The position numbers were made by a program, and so were the translations under genes. A DNA stretch of 54,354 bases from Ferroacidibacillus organovorans (lineage in GTDB: Bacteria > Bacillota > Bacilli > Alicyclobacillales > SLC66): positions 1 to 54,354 of the forward strand of contig NZ_LSUQ01000014.1 in NCBI RefSeq assembly GCF_001642725.1, written 5' to 3'. Positions 30,472 to 41,154 of this stretch are shown here, piece by piece (the stretch's first letter is position 1; every line of letters begins with the position of its first letter). Below the pieces are notes generated by a model. That model made no database searches and had not been told where the DNA came from. It saw only the letters and a list, made by a program, of their open reading frames with translations.

Positions 30472-31563
30472 CTACGTCGTGCGGGAAATGGACATGAGAA
30501 TTCCGACGGCCGAAAGCAAGAGCATGAGTGATGATCCGCCATAGCTGATAAACGGGAGAGTGATCCCAGTCACAGGAAGAATTCCTGTCACAACCCCGAT
30601 ATTTATAAACACTTGGATGCCGATAACGCCTGTGAATGCGGCCGCGAGATACGCCCCAAATCGGTCGCGCGCCTGCATCGCAACGCGCAGTCCCCGCCAA
30701 ATCAAAACGCCAAACAGGAAAAGCGTCAACAGTGCGCCGAGGAATCCTAACTCCTCTGTGAGAATCGCAAAAATAAAATCGGTTTGTGGCTCTGGCAGAT
30801 ACAAAAACTTTTGCGTGCTGTTGCCAAGCCCTTGCCCTAAAAAAGAACCCCGACCGACAGCAATGAGCGACATGATAATATGATAGCCGATTCCGCGCGG
30901 ATATTTCCACGGATCGAGAAAAGAAAGAATGCGCATGAGGCGATAAGGCGCCGCCGCGATCAACCCGGCAAACAGCACCAGGCCAACTGCGAGAAGGCTT
31001 AAAAGGTGTCGCGCGCGCGCGCCTGCCACGAAAACGAGCAGGAGTGTCGCACCCGCGATGACTGCGCTCTGCCCGAGGTCAGGCTCAAGCATGATCAGTC
31101 CGATAAACAGCGTCATGATGAGCAGCGGAGGAACGAGTCCTCTTTTAAAAGAGAGCATACGATCAGGCTCATCGCTCAAGTATGCGCTAAGAAAAATCAA
31201 CAAACCAAACTTCGCAAACTCTGACGGCTGAATGCCAAAGGTTCCGATGCCGAGCCACGCGCGCGACCCACCGCGCACCTGACCAACGTGTGGAACGAGC
31301 ACGAGCGCCAGAAAGACGAGACAAAAAAAGAGGATCGAGCGCGCATACTTCAAAAAAATCCGATAATCAACGCGACTCAGGCCAAACATGAAAAGCAAGC
31401 CGATGCCCGCCCACATCAACTGTCGCTTAAAATAATAGAATGCGTCCGCGTGCCGCTCGGCTGATAGGTACGTGCTGGCGCTGTGCACCATGAGCAGTCC
31501 GATCACCAGTAGACTGATGGTGGTGATCGGAATCATCCAGTCTGTCGTTTTTGCGCTTTGCAC
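30472..31563 (-). CDS. spoVE: SEDS peptidoglycan glycosyltransferase SpoVE/FtsW
   Basis: IQPSEFAK, YLPEPQTDFIF and GITLPFISYGGSS; located between murD and murG. Confidence 0.92.
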   Translation of the reverse strand: MQSAKTTDWMIPITTISLLVIGLLMVHSASTYLSAERHADAFYYFKRQLMWAGIGLLFMFGLSRVDYRIFLKYARSILFFCLVFLALVLVPHVGQVRGGSRAWLGIGTFGIQPSEFAKFGLLIFLSAYLSDEPDRMLSFKRGLVPPLLIMTLFIGLIMLEPDLGQSAVIAGATLLLVFVAGARARHLLSLLAVGLVLFAGLIAAAPYRLMRILSFLDPWKYPRGIGYHIIMSLIAVGRGSFLGQGLGNSTQKFLYLPEPQTDFIFAILTEELGFLGALLTLFLFGVLIWRGLRVAMQARDRFGAYLAAAFTGVIGIQVFINIGVVTGILPVTGITLPFISYGGSSLMLLLSAVGILMSISRTT

Positions 31564-31593
31564 AAACAGCCCTCCCGGGAGAACTCGTCCATG

Positions 31594-32973
31594 CTACAGC
31601 TTATTCACCAGCTCCTTAAAGATGCTCCCGCGCTCTTCAAACGACTTGAATTGATCCCAACTCGCCGCGGCAGGCGATAATAGAACCGCATCTCCGCGCT
31701 GTGCCGCACCAGCGGCAAGCGCGACCGCCTCGGCAAACGATGCCGCGATGTGTACGTTTGGCACACTGGCCTGACGCGCCGCGTCCGCCATCCGCTCGCG
31801 CGATTGCCCAAGCGCAATGACGGCTTTGACGCATCCGCGCATACCGTCGCTCAATTCCTTCAGATCATCACCGCGTTCAAGCCCGCCTAACAGCACAACA
31901 AGCGGTTTGTCGAGCGCGCGGATTGCCGAGAGCGCCGCTTTTGGATTCGTCGCTTTCGAGTCGTTATAATAGTCGACGCCATTTACGCTTCGGACGTACT
32001 CAAGGCGATGTTCGACGCCGCGAAACGTCTGCAGAGTCGCCGTGATCGCATCGATGGGAACCCCTGCATAGAAGGCCGTGGCCGTCGCTGCGAGTATATT
32101 TTCAAGATTATGGGAACCAGGAAGCTGAATTTTATCTATGGATAAGAGGCAGATTGGCTCCACCCCTTCTGCCTCACGCACATAAATGTGATTTTCATAC
32201 GCATAAACGCCGCACGGCACGGGAGCAAGACGGCTGAACCAGGCCACCTTTGCACGCGAATGATCTGCGAAGTGGCGAACATGCTCATTGTCCATGTTCA
32301 AGATCAATCGATCCATCGGGCCCTGACGCGTGCAAATGTTTTCTTTTGCGCGCGCGTACGCCTCAAAGCTTCCGTGGTAATCGAGATGTGCCGGATACAG
32401 ATTGAGGACCGTCGCGATGCGCGGACGGAATTCGCTCGTGCCTTGCAGCTGAAAACTCGATAATTCGACAATCAGCACCGTTTCATCCTGCGCCGTCAGC
32501 ACTGCCTCACTCAGTGGCAGTCCGATATTGCCAGCCACGCGCGCGGGTATGTCCGCCTCTAAAAACATAGCGCCGACGAGCGTCGTGGTCGTCGTCTTGC
32601 CATTTGAACCTGTGATCCCGATGATCGGCGCAGTGGTCGATTGAAAGGCGAGTTCTACCTCTGTAATAATCGGGATGCTACGCGCAAGCGCTTCTGCGAT
32701 CAGCGGCATGTGATAAGGGATGCCTGGGTTTTTAACGATGAGTGACACGCTGTCAAGCAGCGTGAAAGGGTGTCCATCCGAAACCACCGGTATCCCCAAA
32801 GGCTGAAGCGTTTCGATCGCAGAACGAAGCGATTCACGGGGAGAAGCGTCATTGGCGACTACCTGCGCCCCCTTTTTGTGGAGCAATTTTGCCGCAGCTA
32901 CGCCGCTGCGCGCAAGTCCCACCACAAGGACGCGCTGATTCTTTAGGTCCATGCCGTTCAACCTTTCCGTCAT
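31594..32973 (-). CDS. murD: UDP-MurNAc-L-Ala--D-glutamate ligase
   Basis: GLARSG, NPGIP, ITGSNGKTT, ELSSFQL, NDSKATN and LLSPAAASWDQF. Confidence 0.97.
   Translation of the reverse strand: MTERLNGMDLKNQRVLVVGLARSGVAAAKLLHKKGAQVVANDASPRESLRSAIETLQPLGIPVVSDGHPFTLLDSVSLIVKNPGIPYHMPLIAEALARSIPIITEVELAFQSTTAPIIGITGSNGKTTTTTLVGAMFLEADIPARVAGNIGLPLSEAVLTAQDETVLIVELSSFQLQGTSEFRPRIATVLNLYPAHLDYHGSFEAYARAKENICTRQGPMDRLILNMDNEHVRHFADHSRAKVAWFSRLAPVPCGVYAYENHIYVREAEGVEPICLLSIDKIQLPGSHNLENILAATATAFYAGVPIDAITATLQTFRGVEHRLEYVRSVNGVDYYNDSKATNPKAALSAIRALDKPLVVLLGGLERGDDLKELSDGMRGCVKAVIALGQSRERMADAARQASVPNVHIAASFAEAVALAAGAAQRGDAVLLSPAAASWDQFKSFEERGSIFKELVNKL
31598..31625 (-). promoter_or_regulatory. Candidate sigmaE promoter for spoVE inside the 3' end of murD
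   Basis: GCATCTTT-12 nt-AATAAGCT, resembling a sigmaE site at the murD end. Confidence 0.35.
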
Positions 32974-32987
32974 GTCGAATCAAGCTG

Positions 32988-33953
32988 TTAGGGGCGAATC
33001 ACAAAGTACAATGCAGTCAGACTACACAGAATGCCAGCCAGCCAAAAGACGGTGACCACCTTCCACTCTGACCAGCCGACAAGCTCAAAATGATGATGAA
33101 GCGGACTCATTTTGAAAATTCGCTTGCCTGTCGATTGAAACGAAATTACCTGGAGGATGACGGAGAGTGTCTCTACGACGAACACGCCGCCAATCAGGAT
33201 GAGCCACACTTCTGAGCGAGAGAGTACGGCGACTGCGGCGAGCGCGCCGCCAAGCGCCAGAGACCCCGTATCCCCCATGAACAGTCGCGCGGGATGACGA
33301 TTATAGTATAAGAAGCCAAGCAGGGATCCAACCACTGCGGTTGAAAAAGCGGATACGTTCCACTGACTATTCCACCACGCTAGCACAGCAAATGCCGCGA
33401 ATGCAACCAAGCTTGTCCCCGCAGCCAATCCGTCGAGTCCATCCGTAAGATTGACCGCGTTAGCCGTCCCGATCATAAAGAGAGCGAGGAAAGGGAGATA
33501 AAAAATGCCGAGGGTTAATGGATGTGCAAGCCCCGGCAGATTCAACTCAAAATGCCAACCGCGCGCATAGAGAACGAGATAGAATATCACCGCAACCGTG
33601 ACTTGACCCAGCAGTTTTTGGCGCGCCGTAAGTCCGAGATTGCGTTTGCGCACAATTTTCAGCGCATCGTCTAGCATGCCCACAAATCCAAATCCTAGCA
33701 TCGCAAGAAGCAGAATCCATGTGGTGGGGGAGTTTGAAAAGCGCCAGGCGGTAAACGTCGTGGCAAGGACAAAGAGGATGCCCCCCATCGTCGGCGTGCC
33801 TGATTTTGCCTGGTGACGAGCCGGCCCCTCTGAGCGGATCGATTGGCCGAATTTAAAGCGGTGAAGGAGTGGAATCGCAAGCGGTCCCAGAAACATGACG
33901 ATTAAAAATGAAACCACCAGAATGAAGGTGAGTGATTTTGCGTCCAATGTCAT
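32988..33953 (-). CDS. mraY: Phospho-N-acetylmuramoyl-pentapeptide transferase
   Basis: KSGTPTMGG, NAVNLTDGLDGL, FMGDTGS and PLHHHFE. Confidence 0.98.
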   Translation of the reverse strand: MTLDAKSLTFILVVSFLIVMFLGPLAIPLLHRFKFGQSIRSEGPARHQAKSGTPTMGGILFVLATTFTAWRFSNSPTTWILLLAMLGFGFVGMLDDALKIVRKRNLGLTARQKLLGQVTVAVIFYLVLYARGWHFELNLPGLAHPLTLGIFYLPFLALFMIGTANAVNLTDGLDGLAAGTSLVAFAAFAVLAWWNSQWNVSAFSTAVVGSLLGFLYYNRHPARLFMGDTGSLALGGALAAVAVLSRSEVWLILIGGVFVVETLSVILQVISFQSTGKRIFKMSPLHHHFELVGWSEWKVVTVFWLAGILCSLTALYFVIRP

Positions 33954-35353
33954 TCCCCCTTAAGCGCGGCAAACGCTTCTCGCAACGCTGTTGACACGCA
34001 CTCAAGACCTACCGCGCGCGACGCTTTGACCAAAATGACGATGTCACTGCGCGCTGCGTGTGCGCACTGTACGTTTTGCACGACGCGTTCCACCGCTTCC
34101 TGCGCAGATGCAAAAATCTCCACATCCGCAATCTTCGCCTGACGCGCGCCACGCTCCATCGCGGCGCTGTGGCAACCGATTGCCATCAACTGCGTGACGC
34201 CAAACGCGGCGAGCGATTCCCCAAGCGCAACATGCTTTTCAGCTTCCGGTTCGCCAATCTCGCGCATGTCCCCGAGCACGGCAAGCTTCTTTTTGTGTGG
34301 CATGTCGCGCAAAACTTCGAGTGCGCGCGCCATGGAGGTAGGGGATGCATTGTACGCATCATCGATCAAGAGAACGCCTGGGGCGAGTTCCTCCAACGCT
34401 TGACGTCCCGCCGAACTGACATACGACCCGAGCGCCTCTACAATCACCTCGTCAGCCATGCCGAGTTCTCGCGCGATCGCATAAACGAGCGCGCCGTTTC
34501 TCGCCAAGTGAATACCTGGCGCGGCGAGTTGCACGACACACCCTGGTGGGTCGAGGACAAACTGCGCACCGCCGACGCCGCGACTCTCATACGCCGACAC
34601 ACGCACATCCGCCTGTTCTGACTCACCGAACGTAATGACGCGAACACCCGTTGGCGGCGCACGTTTTAAGAGCGGCTCATCATCCGGAAGAACTGCGAAG
34701 CTCCCTTTTGGGAGCGCCTCGACCAATTCCCATTTGGCGTCCGCAATCGCGCTACGCGAGCCAAGGAGTTCCAGATGTGCCTCGCCGATCAGCGTAATTG
34801 CTCCGATGTCAGGCTGTGCGATGCGACACAGTGCCGCGATCTGGCCTGGTCCGCGCATCCCCATTTCAAGAATCGCCACCTCTGTATTCTTCGACCACGC
34901 AAGGATCGAGAGAGGTAAGCCAAACTCATTGTTCAAATTTCCAACGGTGGCAGCCGTCTTGAAACGTTTTTGCAAAACGGTCGCCAACATGTCCTTTGTC
35001 GTCGTTTTTCCATTGCTACCGGTGACTCCAATGACACGCGCGTTACACTGCACGCGATACGCCGTCGCAAGCGCCTGCAGCGCATCGACACCACTCTCGA
35101 CGAGTACGTGCGGATCATCGCGCAGCGCAGCCGGAAGTGGTCTGTGCCGTTCCCACAAAAAAGCGACACAACCGCGCGCAAGCGCGTCTTTCACAAACGC
35201 GTGACCGTCAAACGTCTCGCCGGCAATCGGAATGAAGAGTTGTCGGTTTCCCGCCGTACGCGAATCGATGGAGACGCCTGAAATTAGAACATCCGCGCCG
35301 GAGCGTTCACCACCTACAGCTTCTGCCACAAACGAGAGTTGCGCTTCAATCAT
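33950..35353 (-). CDS. murF: UDP-MurNAc-tripeptide--D-Ala-D-Ala ligase
   Basis: IDSR, VTGSNGKTTTK, NNEFGLP, DAYNASP, LGDMREIG and KASR. Confidence 0.97.
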   Translation of the reverse strand: MIEAQLSFVAEAVGGERSGADVLISGVSIDSRTAGNRQLFIPIAGETFDGHAFVKDALARGCVAFLWERHRPLPAALRDDPHVLVESGVDALQALATAYRVQCNARVIGVTGSNGKTTTKDMLATVLQKRFKTAATVGNLNNEFGLPLSILAWSKNTEVAILEMGMRGPGQIAALCRIAQPDIGAITLIGEAHLELLGSRSAIADAKWELVEALPKGSFAVLPDDEPLLKRAPPTGVRVITFGESEQADVRVSAYESRGVGGAQFVLDPPGCVVQLAAPGIHLARNGALVYAIARELGMADEVIVEALGSYVSSAGRQALEELAPGVLLIDDAYNASPTSMARALEVLRDMPHKKKLAVLGDMREIGEPEAEKHVALGESLAAFGVTQLMAIGCHSAAMERGARQAKIADVEIFASAQEAVERVVQNVQCAHAARSDIVILVKASRAVGLECVSTALREAFAALKGE

Positions 35354-36840
35354 CGCATCTGTTCCTCCACGATCTTTTTCGCGACCTGTCGATCATCAAA
35401 GTCGTGATATGTCGTCCCAAGGATCTGATAGGTCTCGTGCCCTTTTCCCGCAATCAGCACAACGTCGCCCGGCTTTGCTTCACGCAAGGCGGCGCGGATC
35501 CCTTCCTCGCGAAGGGTGATCCGCGCATAGCGCTCATCCGCTACATCGCGAATCCCAGCTTCCATATCGTCGAGAATCTTTTCAGGATCTTCTGTGCGCG
35601 GATTATCTGATGTGAGCACAAAAAAGTCGCTGCGCTGCGCCGCGACACGCGCCATGATAGGCCGTTTGGTGCGATCGCGATCGCCGCCACAGCCAACGAC
35701 TGTGATCACTCGTCCACTGCAAAACTCGTGTATCGTTTCGAGCGCATTTTGCAGGCTGTCCGGCGTGTGTGAGTAGTCGACGAGAATCGCATACGGTTGG
35801 CCGGCGCGCACGGGCTCAAAGCGACCTGCCACACCGGGAAGCGCTGAGAGCGTGCGCGCGATGTCTTGTAGCGAGAGCCCTAGTGCGAGACAACTCGCCG
35901 TCGCGCAAAGCGCATTGTAGGCGCTAAAGCGACCCGGAGTCGCTAAATGCACTTCTGCGCTGCCAGCCCATGAATCGATGACAAACTGTGTTCCTTCCGC
36001 GCGAATCACGACATCGCGACCACGCACGTCCGCCGGATGGTCGATGCCATACGTGACGACTTGCTGAACGGTGTCGGCCGCGTAGGTGATCGCTTGCGCG
36101 TCATCCACATTCAACACCGCGACTGGCAAACCGCCGTCTGCGAGCGTGTTGAAGCGATTGCCTAGCCGAGAGAACAGCTTCCCTTTGGCACGCGCATACG
36201 CATCCATCGTTTTGTGAAAGTCCAGATGATCCTGCGTTAAATTGGTAAATGCGGCGACGCGATACGAGAGCCCGGCCACCCGCGCCAGTTCCATCGCGTG
36301 CGATGACGCTTCCATTACGACATACCGCGTCCCGAGATCACGCATCTCGCGCAAGACGTTGGCCAGTTCTACTGCTTCAGGCGTGGTCATCCCCGACTCT
36401 CGCACAACGCCGCCACTGCAACGCTGTGCAATCGTGCCAATCAGGCCAGTCGGATGCCCCGCCGCGAGCAGAATTTGCTCAATGAGCGTTGCGGTTGTCG
36501 TCTTCCCATTCGTGCCCGTCACAGCGATCATGACCATATCATCGGCAGGATCGCCGAGTACCCACTGCGCCGCAATCGGCGCGATGCGTCTCGTCGATGG
36601 CACGACCAACTGCGGGACTGAAACGGAACACGCCTCTTCGACCAGGAGTGCAACCGCGCCACGCGCAACCGCCTGTTCTGCATAAGCGTGCCCATCCACT
36701 CGATTGCCGCGAATCGCGACAAACAGCCCGCCCGGTTTCACTTTTCGCGAGTCATCCGCAATGCTGCTGATCTGTACGTCAAGCGATCCGGTCGTTTTGA
36801 CAAGAACGAGACGATCTGCCAATTGCCGTAGTTGTTTCAC
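35350..36840 (-). CDS. murE: UDP-MurNAc-dipeptide--meso-diaminopimelate ligase
   Basis: VTGTNGKTT, MEASSH, TNLTQDHLDFH, DNPR (mDAP specificity) and AGKGHE. Confidence 0.97.
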   Translation of the reverse strand: MKQLRQLADRLVLVKTTGSLDVQISSIADDSRKVKPGGLFVAIRGNRVDGHAYAEQAVARGAVALLVEEACSVSVPQLVVPSTRRIAPIAAQWVLGDPADDMVMIAVTGTNGKTTTATLIEQILLAAGHPTGLIGTIAQRCSGGVVRESGMTTPEAVELANVLREMRDLGTRYVVMEASSHAMELARVAGLSYRVAAFTNLTQDHLDFHKTMDAYARAKGKLFSRLGNRFNTLADGGLPVAVLNVDDAQAITYAADTVQQVVTYGIDHPADVRGRDVVIRAEGTQFVIDSWAGSAEVHLATPGRFSAYNALCATASCLALGLSLQDIARTLSALPGVAGRFEPVRAGQPYAILVDYSHTPDSLQNALETIHEFCSGRVITVVGCGGDRDRTKRPIMARVAAQRSDFFVLTSDNPRTEDPEKILDDMEAGIRDVADERYARITLREEGIRAALREAKPGDVVLIAGKGHETYQILGTTYHDFDDRQVAKKIVEEQMR

Positions 36841-36925
36841 GAGCGATCCCCCACTTGGTCTATATCCTAAATTTCTACGCTTTGTCTCCGTGAATGTGTA
36901 TGCTTTCTATCGGTTTTGACAACCC

Positions 36926-36954
36926 AGTTTGAACCGCCCTCAAGCGGTTGTCAA
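36926..36954 (-). promoter_or_regulatory. Candidate sigmaA promoter for murE
   Basis: TTGACA-17 nt-CAAACT just after the spoVD stop; the -35 lies in an inverted repeat. Confidence 0.4.
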
Positions 36955-36956
36955 CT

Positions 36957-38924
36957 CTATGAACCACCGGTCGCCTTGCCGTCCGTCTGCGGTCCTGGAC
37001 CTAACATCAGACGGACTGTCGCGCCCTGTTCAAGTTTTGTACCCGCCGCTGGAGCTTGACCGATCACATACGGCCCGCTCCCCGTGACTGCAATACGCAG
37101 AATGGAGCCGCTTTGCGTGATCGCCTGCACCGCGCTCTGATAGGTCTGACCGGCAAGACTTGGGACGACCGTAAGCACAGGATCGATGCCATAGCGATAC
37201 TTTTTGGGGATCCCCGTCACTTGTGGTTTAACGCCAAGCGCCTGCAGACTGTCTGCCAGCACACGCCCAACGACCGGGGCTGCGATCACGCCGCCAAAGA
37301 CAGGCGAACCTTTTGGCCGCGGATAGTCGATCGCAACATAGGCCACGAGCGATGGGTTGTTCGCCGGGGCCATCCCGATAAAAGAGACGATGTAGTGAGT
37401 GCCTGAATAGCGACCATGCTCGACCACCTGTGCCGTCCCCGTTTTGCCAGCGATTCGATAGCCTTCATGATACGCGTTTGCGCCCGTACCCTGCGCGACT
37501 ACGCTCTCAAGTGCGCTTCTCACTTCGCTCGCGGTCTGCGTACTGATGACACGGCGAACCGCTACCGGATTCACCATCTGAACATGGCCGTTTGTCGGGT
37601 CGAGAAACTCTTTAACGATCTGCGGTTTCATCAAAACGCCACCGTTAGCCACAGCGCCAACCGCCATCACCTGCTGAATCGGGGTCACCGAAACACCTTG
37701 GCCAAACGCAGTCGTCGCCAGTTCCAACGGACCGACGCGCGCTGGTGAAAAGAGAATCCCTTTTCCTTCCCCCGGAAGCGCAATGCCCGTTTTCTTTCCA
37801 AAACCAAATGCGCGAATAAACGAAAAGAGCGACTGCTTTCCCAATCGCTCGCCCAGTTGAACGAACCCTGGATTGCATGAGTTTTCCACGACATTTAAAT
37901 AGGCTTGACTGCCGTGGCCGCCTGCTTTCCAACAGCGAATCTTGTGACCTGCCACTTCATAGTAACCCGGATCGTAAAACTTTTCTTTAAGGTTTACCTT
38001 TTTTTCTTGAAGCGCCGCGGCGAGTGTCACAATTTTAAAGGTTGATCCAGGTTCAAATGTCTGCCAAATCGCCAGATTGCGATTATAGACGTCTGGCGGA
38101 ACATGCCGCCAGTTGTTCGGTTGAAACGATGGGTAATTTCCCATTGCGAGAATTTGTCCCGTCTTTGGATCTTCAACGATCATCGTCACGTGATCAGGGC
38201 TGTACGTCGCCACGACACGCTCAATCTCCCGATCGACAAACTGTTGAATCTGACGATCAAGCGTAAGCTCTACATCGAGTCCAGGGACAGGCGGGACATA
38301 ATTGTCATTCGTATTCGGAATCTCTTGTCCGCGGGCATTCGCGATAAATTGAAGCGCGCCTTTACGACCTTCGAGCTCTTTGTTGAACTGCTTTTCGATT
38401 CCGCTAAGCCCTTGACCGTCGCCACCCGTAAAACCGAGGACTTGCGCCGCCATACTACCGAACGGGTATGTGCGCGTCCCTTCTTCAACGAGATAGATGC
38501 CCGGCATGCGAAGTGCGCGCACGGCGCGCGCTTTCGCCTCGGACAGTCGCATCCCGTATGGCTTAATGTAGCGCGTCAGTTTTCCAGGGAGTAGTCCCTT
38601 TTCAATCGATTTCAGGGGACCGCCTAAAATTGCGTGAAGGCGCAGCGCCGTCTCTTTTGGATTCTTGATTTGACGTGGCACCACAATGATCGTCGCAGCG
38701 GTGGCCGTATAGACGAGCGGCGTGCCGTTGCGGTCAAGAATTTCACCGCGCACCGCTGAGATGGGTAAATCTCGCACAAGCACAGCGTTTCCTCTCGTGC
38801 GATAAAACTCGTTAGCGGCAATCGTGATGTGAAATACACGGCCGAGCAGCAATCCGATTGCGGCCAATAGACCGATCAGCGCAAAAAAGATTCTGCGGCG
38901 AATTTTTGACTGTGTGATGCGCAT
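36957..38924 (-). CDS. spoVD: Spore cortex class B PBP SpoVD
   Basis: STFK, SCN and KTG motifs; the IRCWK/SCN cysteine pair typical of SpoVD; one PASTA domain. Start MRITQS at 38924. Confidence 0.92.
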   Translation of the reverse strand: MRITQSKIRRRIFFALIGLLAAIGLLLGRVFHITIAANEFYRTRGNAVLVRDLPISAVRGEILDRNGTPLVYTATAATIIVVPRQIKNPKETALRLHAILGGPLKSIEKGLLPGKLTRYIKPYGMRLSEAKARAVRALRMPGIYLVEEGTRTYPFGSMAAQVLGFTGGDGQGLSGIEKQFNKELEGRKGALQFIANARGQEIPNTNDNYVPPVPGLDVELTLDRQIQQFVDREIERVVATYSPDHVTMIVEDPKTGQILAMGNYPSFQPNNWRHVPPDVYNRNLAIWQTFEPGSTFKIVTLAAALQEKKVNLKEKFYDPGYYEVAGHKIRCWKAGGHGSQAYLNVVENSCNPGFVQLGERLGKQSLFSFIRAFGFGKKTGIALPGEGKGILFSPARVGPLELATTAFGQGVSVTPIQQVMAVGAVANGGVLMKPQIVKEFLDPTNGHVQMVNPVAVRRVISTQTASEVRSALESVVAQGTGANAYHEGYRIAGKTGTAQVVEHGRYSGTHYIVSFIGMAPANNPSLVAYVAIDYPRPKGSPVFGGVIAAPVVGRVLADSLQALGVKPQVTGIPKKYRYGIDPVLTVVPSLAGQTYQSAVQAITQSGSILRIAVTGSGPYVIGQAPAAGTKLEQGATVRLMLGPGPQTDGKATGGS

Positions 38925-38962
38925 GACGTTCCCCTCGAATCGCTGGACTGTCTGTCCACACG

Positions 38963-38990
38963 ATTCTATGCAGGAAATCATCGTTTAGAC
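38963..38990 (-). promoter_or_regulatory. Candidate sigmaE promoter of spoVD
   Basis: GTCTAAA-13 nt-CATAGAAT upstream of spoVD. Confidence 0.6.
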
Positions 38991-39000
38991 CGCTCCGCCA

Positions 39001-41154
39001 CTAGTTGCCACCTAGCGCAAGTGCCGGAGTAAACTTGACCGTGATCACAGAACCAATCGGTGTGACTGTCCCTGCCTTGATCGATTGCGCACTCGCGTAC
39101 CCAGATCCGCTCGGTTCGAGCGTAAGCCCGAGAATCGCGCAGAGATTCACCGCTTCTTGCATGGGCACCCCACTAAAGTTGGGGACGCGCACACTCCCTG
39201 CTTTGGCGATCGATTGATTACTTGCGAAGGCGACAGCTGAACCGCTGGCGACGCGCTGACCAGCGGCCGGCCACTGGCGAACCACCCGACCTGCGCTGTC
39301 AATCACATCCGGATGCAGGCCGAGCTTTTGTAGCGTCGACGCTGCGGCAGTAACGGTCATCCCTTGCAGATCGGGCACTGCGCGAAAGGAGGTAAGAGAG
39401 ACTTGTGCGAACGGAGTACTCGGGTTCGCACCGACCTGCGGAACGCGCAAAGCGCGCAGAGCCTGTCCAATAATAATCTTAGCCTGCGGTGATGATACAT
39501 CGTTTCCGTACTGAATCGCATGGTGCGGCTCGCTGACCGTGACATAGATGTCAAGTGCCGGGTGATTGGCGGGCGCAAATCCGATAAAAGAAAGGTTGTA
39601 CTTATTCGCATAGTATCCGCCTTGTGGGCTCGGAATTTGCGCGGTTCCCGTCTTACCGGCAACGTCATAGCCTGGCACGTAGGCGGAAAGCGTCGGATCT
39701 TGACTCACATCCTGCACCATGATGTTGGTGATCGTCTTCATGATGCTCTGTGGCGCAACCCTGCGCACGACATCCGGTTTGCGATAATACACCACGCGTC
39801 CATCTGGCGCGACAATTTTTTGAACCACATACGGTTTCATCAAAAGGCCGCCGTTTGCCACAGCACCGACTTCTGCAACCTGCTGAATCGGCGTCACCGC
39901 GAGTCCCTGACCGAACGTCGTCGTCGCAAAATCGACTGCGTTGATATGTTTAGGGTCAAAGAGGATCGAGGTGCCTTCCCCTGGCAGATCAATACCCGTC
40001 GGCTTGTTCATGCCATAGAGTGCAATGTAGCGAGCGAGCGTTATCGGACCTTCCGCCTGTCCGATGTGAATAAACCCGGTATTACTCGAAACGATCATCG
40101 CCTGCCGATACGTGATGCGGCCCCAGCCCCAAAGATTCCAATCGCGAATCGGCACGCCGTTTACATAGTCAACCCCTGACATATACGTTTGATTGAGATT
40201 GATCGCGTGCGTTGCAAGCGCACCGGTCAACGTCACAATTTTAAAAGTTGATCCCGGTTCAAACGGATCAGAAATCGCCCAGTTTGTGTCAAGCGTGGAG
40301 GCTGGATACTTCCAGTACGTATTCGGATTAAACGTTGGCAAGGCGCCCATGCCAAGAATTGCGCCTGTTGTAGGGTCAGCGACAATAATTGCCGCGTGCG
40401 CCGGATGAAACCGTTTCTGAATGCGAACAAGCGCCTGATCAACCGATTGCTGAATGGAGGCATTAAGCGTGAGATACACGCTGTCCCCGTTTTGAACAGG
40501 TTTGGTCACGACCGGCTTAAACGGAATCGGATTTCCTGACGCATCCGAGACAAAGGTGCTCATCCCTGGTTTCCCGGCGAGGTAGCTGTTGTATTCAAGC
40601 TCTGTTCCGGCGACGCCCGTCCCGGTCTGATCGACAAATCCGAGCACGTGCGACGCGAATGTGCCTGCCGGATACTCGCGCAGGTACGTTTTGTTCGGAT
40701 TGACATCTTGGCTTACGCTCAACGCTTGAAATACGTTTACAACCGCATTCTTTTTCGTCAGCGTGAGATTGACCATTGTTGGATACCAACGCAGCCAAGT
40801 GACACCTTTGCGTTCGATTTGCGCGGTGATCGCGCTCGCTGAGACACCGAGAATCGGACTTAGGCGATTGGCGATTTTTGCGACAAACGCAGGCCCGCGC
40901 GACGCGAGATCTTGAATGTCCATATCGAGGTTGTAAGCGGGGACGTCAAACGCGAGCTGATCGCCATTGCTGTCATAGATCGACCCGCGCATCGGTTTAA
41001 TAATCGAATGAGAATACCATTCACTTTGTGACCATTGTTTAAAACGTGCGTACGCGTGCTGAACAGCAAACAAACGCACGAGAAACAATGTAAAAATTAA
41101 CGAAAAAAAGATCCGCAAGAGCATCGAGCGACGGTTCGTTGTTCGCTCATTCAA
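39001..41154 (-). CDS. pbpB: Division class B penicillin-binding protein (PBP2B/FtsI-like)
   Basis: N-terminal TM, RGSIYD, STFK/SSN/KTG motifs and two PASTA domains; follows ftsL. Confidence 0.85.
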   Translation of the reverse strand: MNERTTNRRSMLLRIFFSLIFTLFLVRLFAVQHAYARFKQWSQSEWYSHSIIKPMRGSIYDSNGDQLAFDVPAYNLDMDIQDLASRGPAFVAKIANRLSPILGVSASAITAQIERKGVTWLRWYPTMVNLTLTKKNAVVNVFQALSVSQDVNPNKTYLREYPAGTFASHVLGFVDQTGTGVAGTELEYNSYLAGKPGMSTFVSDASGNPIPFKPVVTKPVQNGDSVYLTLNASIQQSVDQALVRIQKRFHPAHAAIIVADPTTGAILGMGALPTFNPNTYWKYPASTLDTNWAISDPFEPGSTFKIVTLTGALATHAINLNQTYMSGVDYVNGVPIRDWNLWGWGRITYRQAMIVSSNTGFIHIGQAEGPITLARYIALYGMNKPTGIDLPGEGTSILFDPKHINAVDFATTTFGQGLAVTPIQQVAEVGAVANGGLLMKPYVVQKIVAPDGRVVYYRKPDVVRRVAPQSIMKTITNIMVQDVSQDPTLSAYVPGYDVAGKTGTAQIPSPQGGYYANKYNLSFIGFAPANHPALDIYVTVSEPHHAIQYGNDVSSPQAKIIIGQALRALRVPQVGANPSTPFAQVSLTSFRAVPDLQGMTVTAAASTLQKLGLHPDVIDSAGRVVRQWPAAGQRVASGSAVAFASNQSIAKAGSVRVPNFSGVPMQEAVNLCAILGLTLEPSGSGYASAQSIKAGTVTPIGSVITVKFTPALALGGN

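Noticed and set aside
36957..41154. Tandem PBP genes as a novel duplication
   Set aside because: The pbpB-spoVD pair is standard in spore-forming Bacillales.
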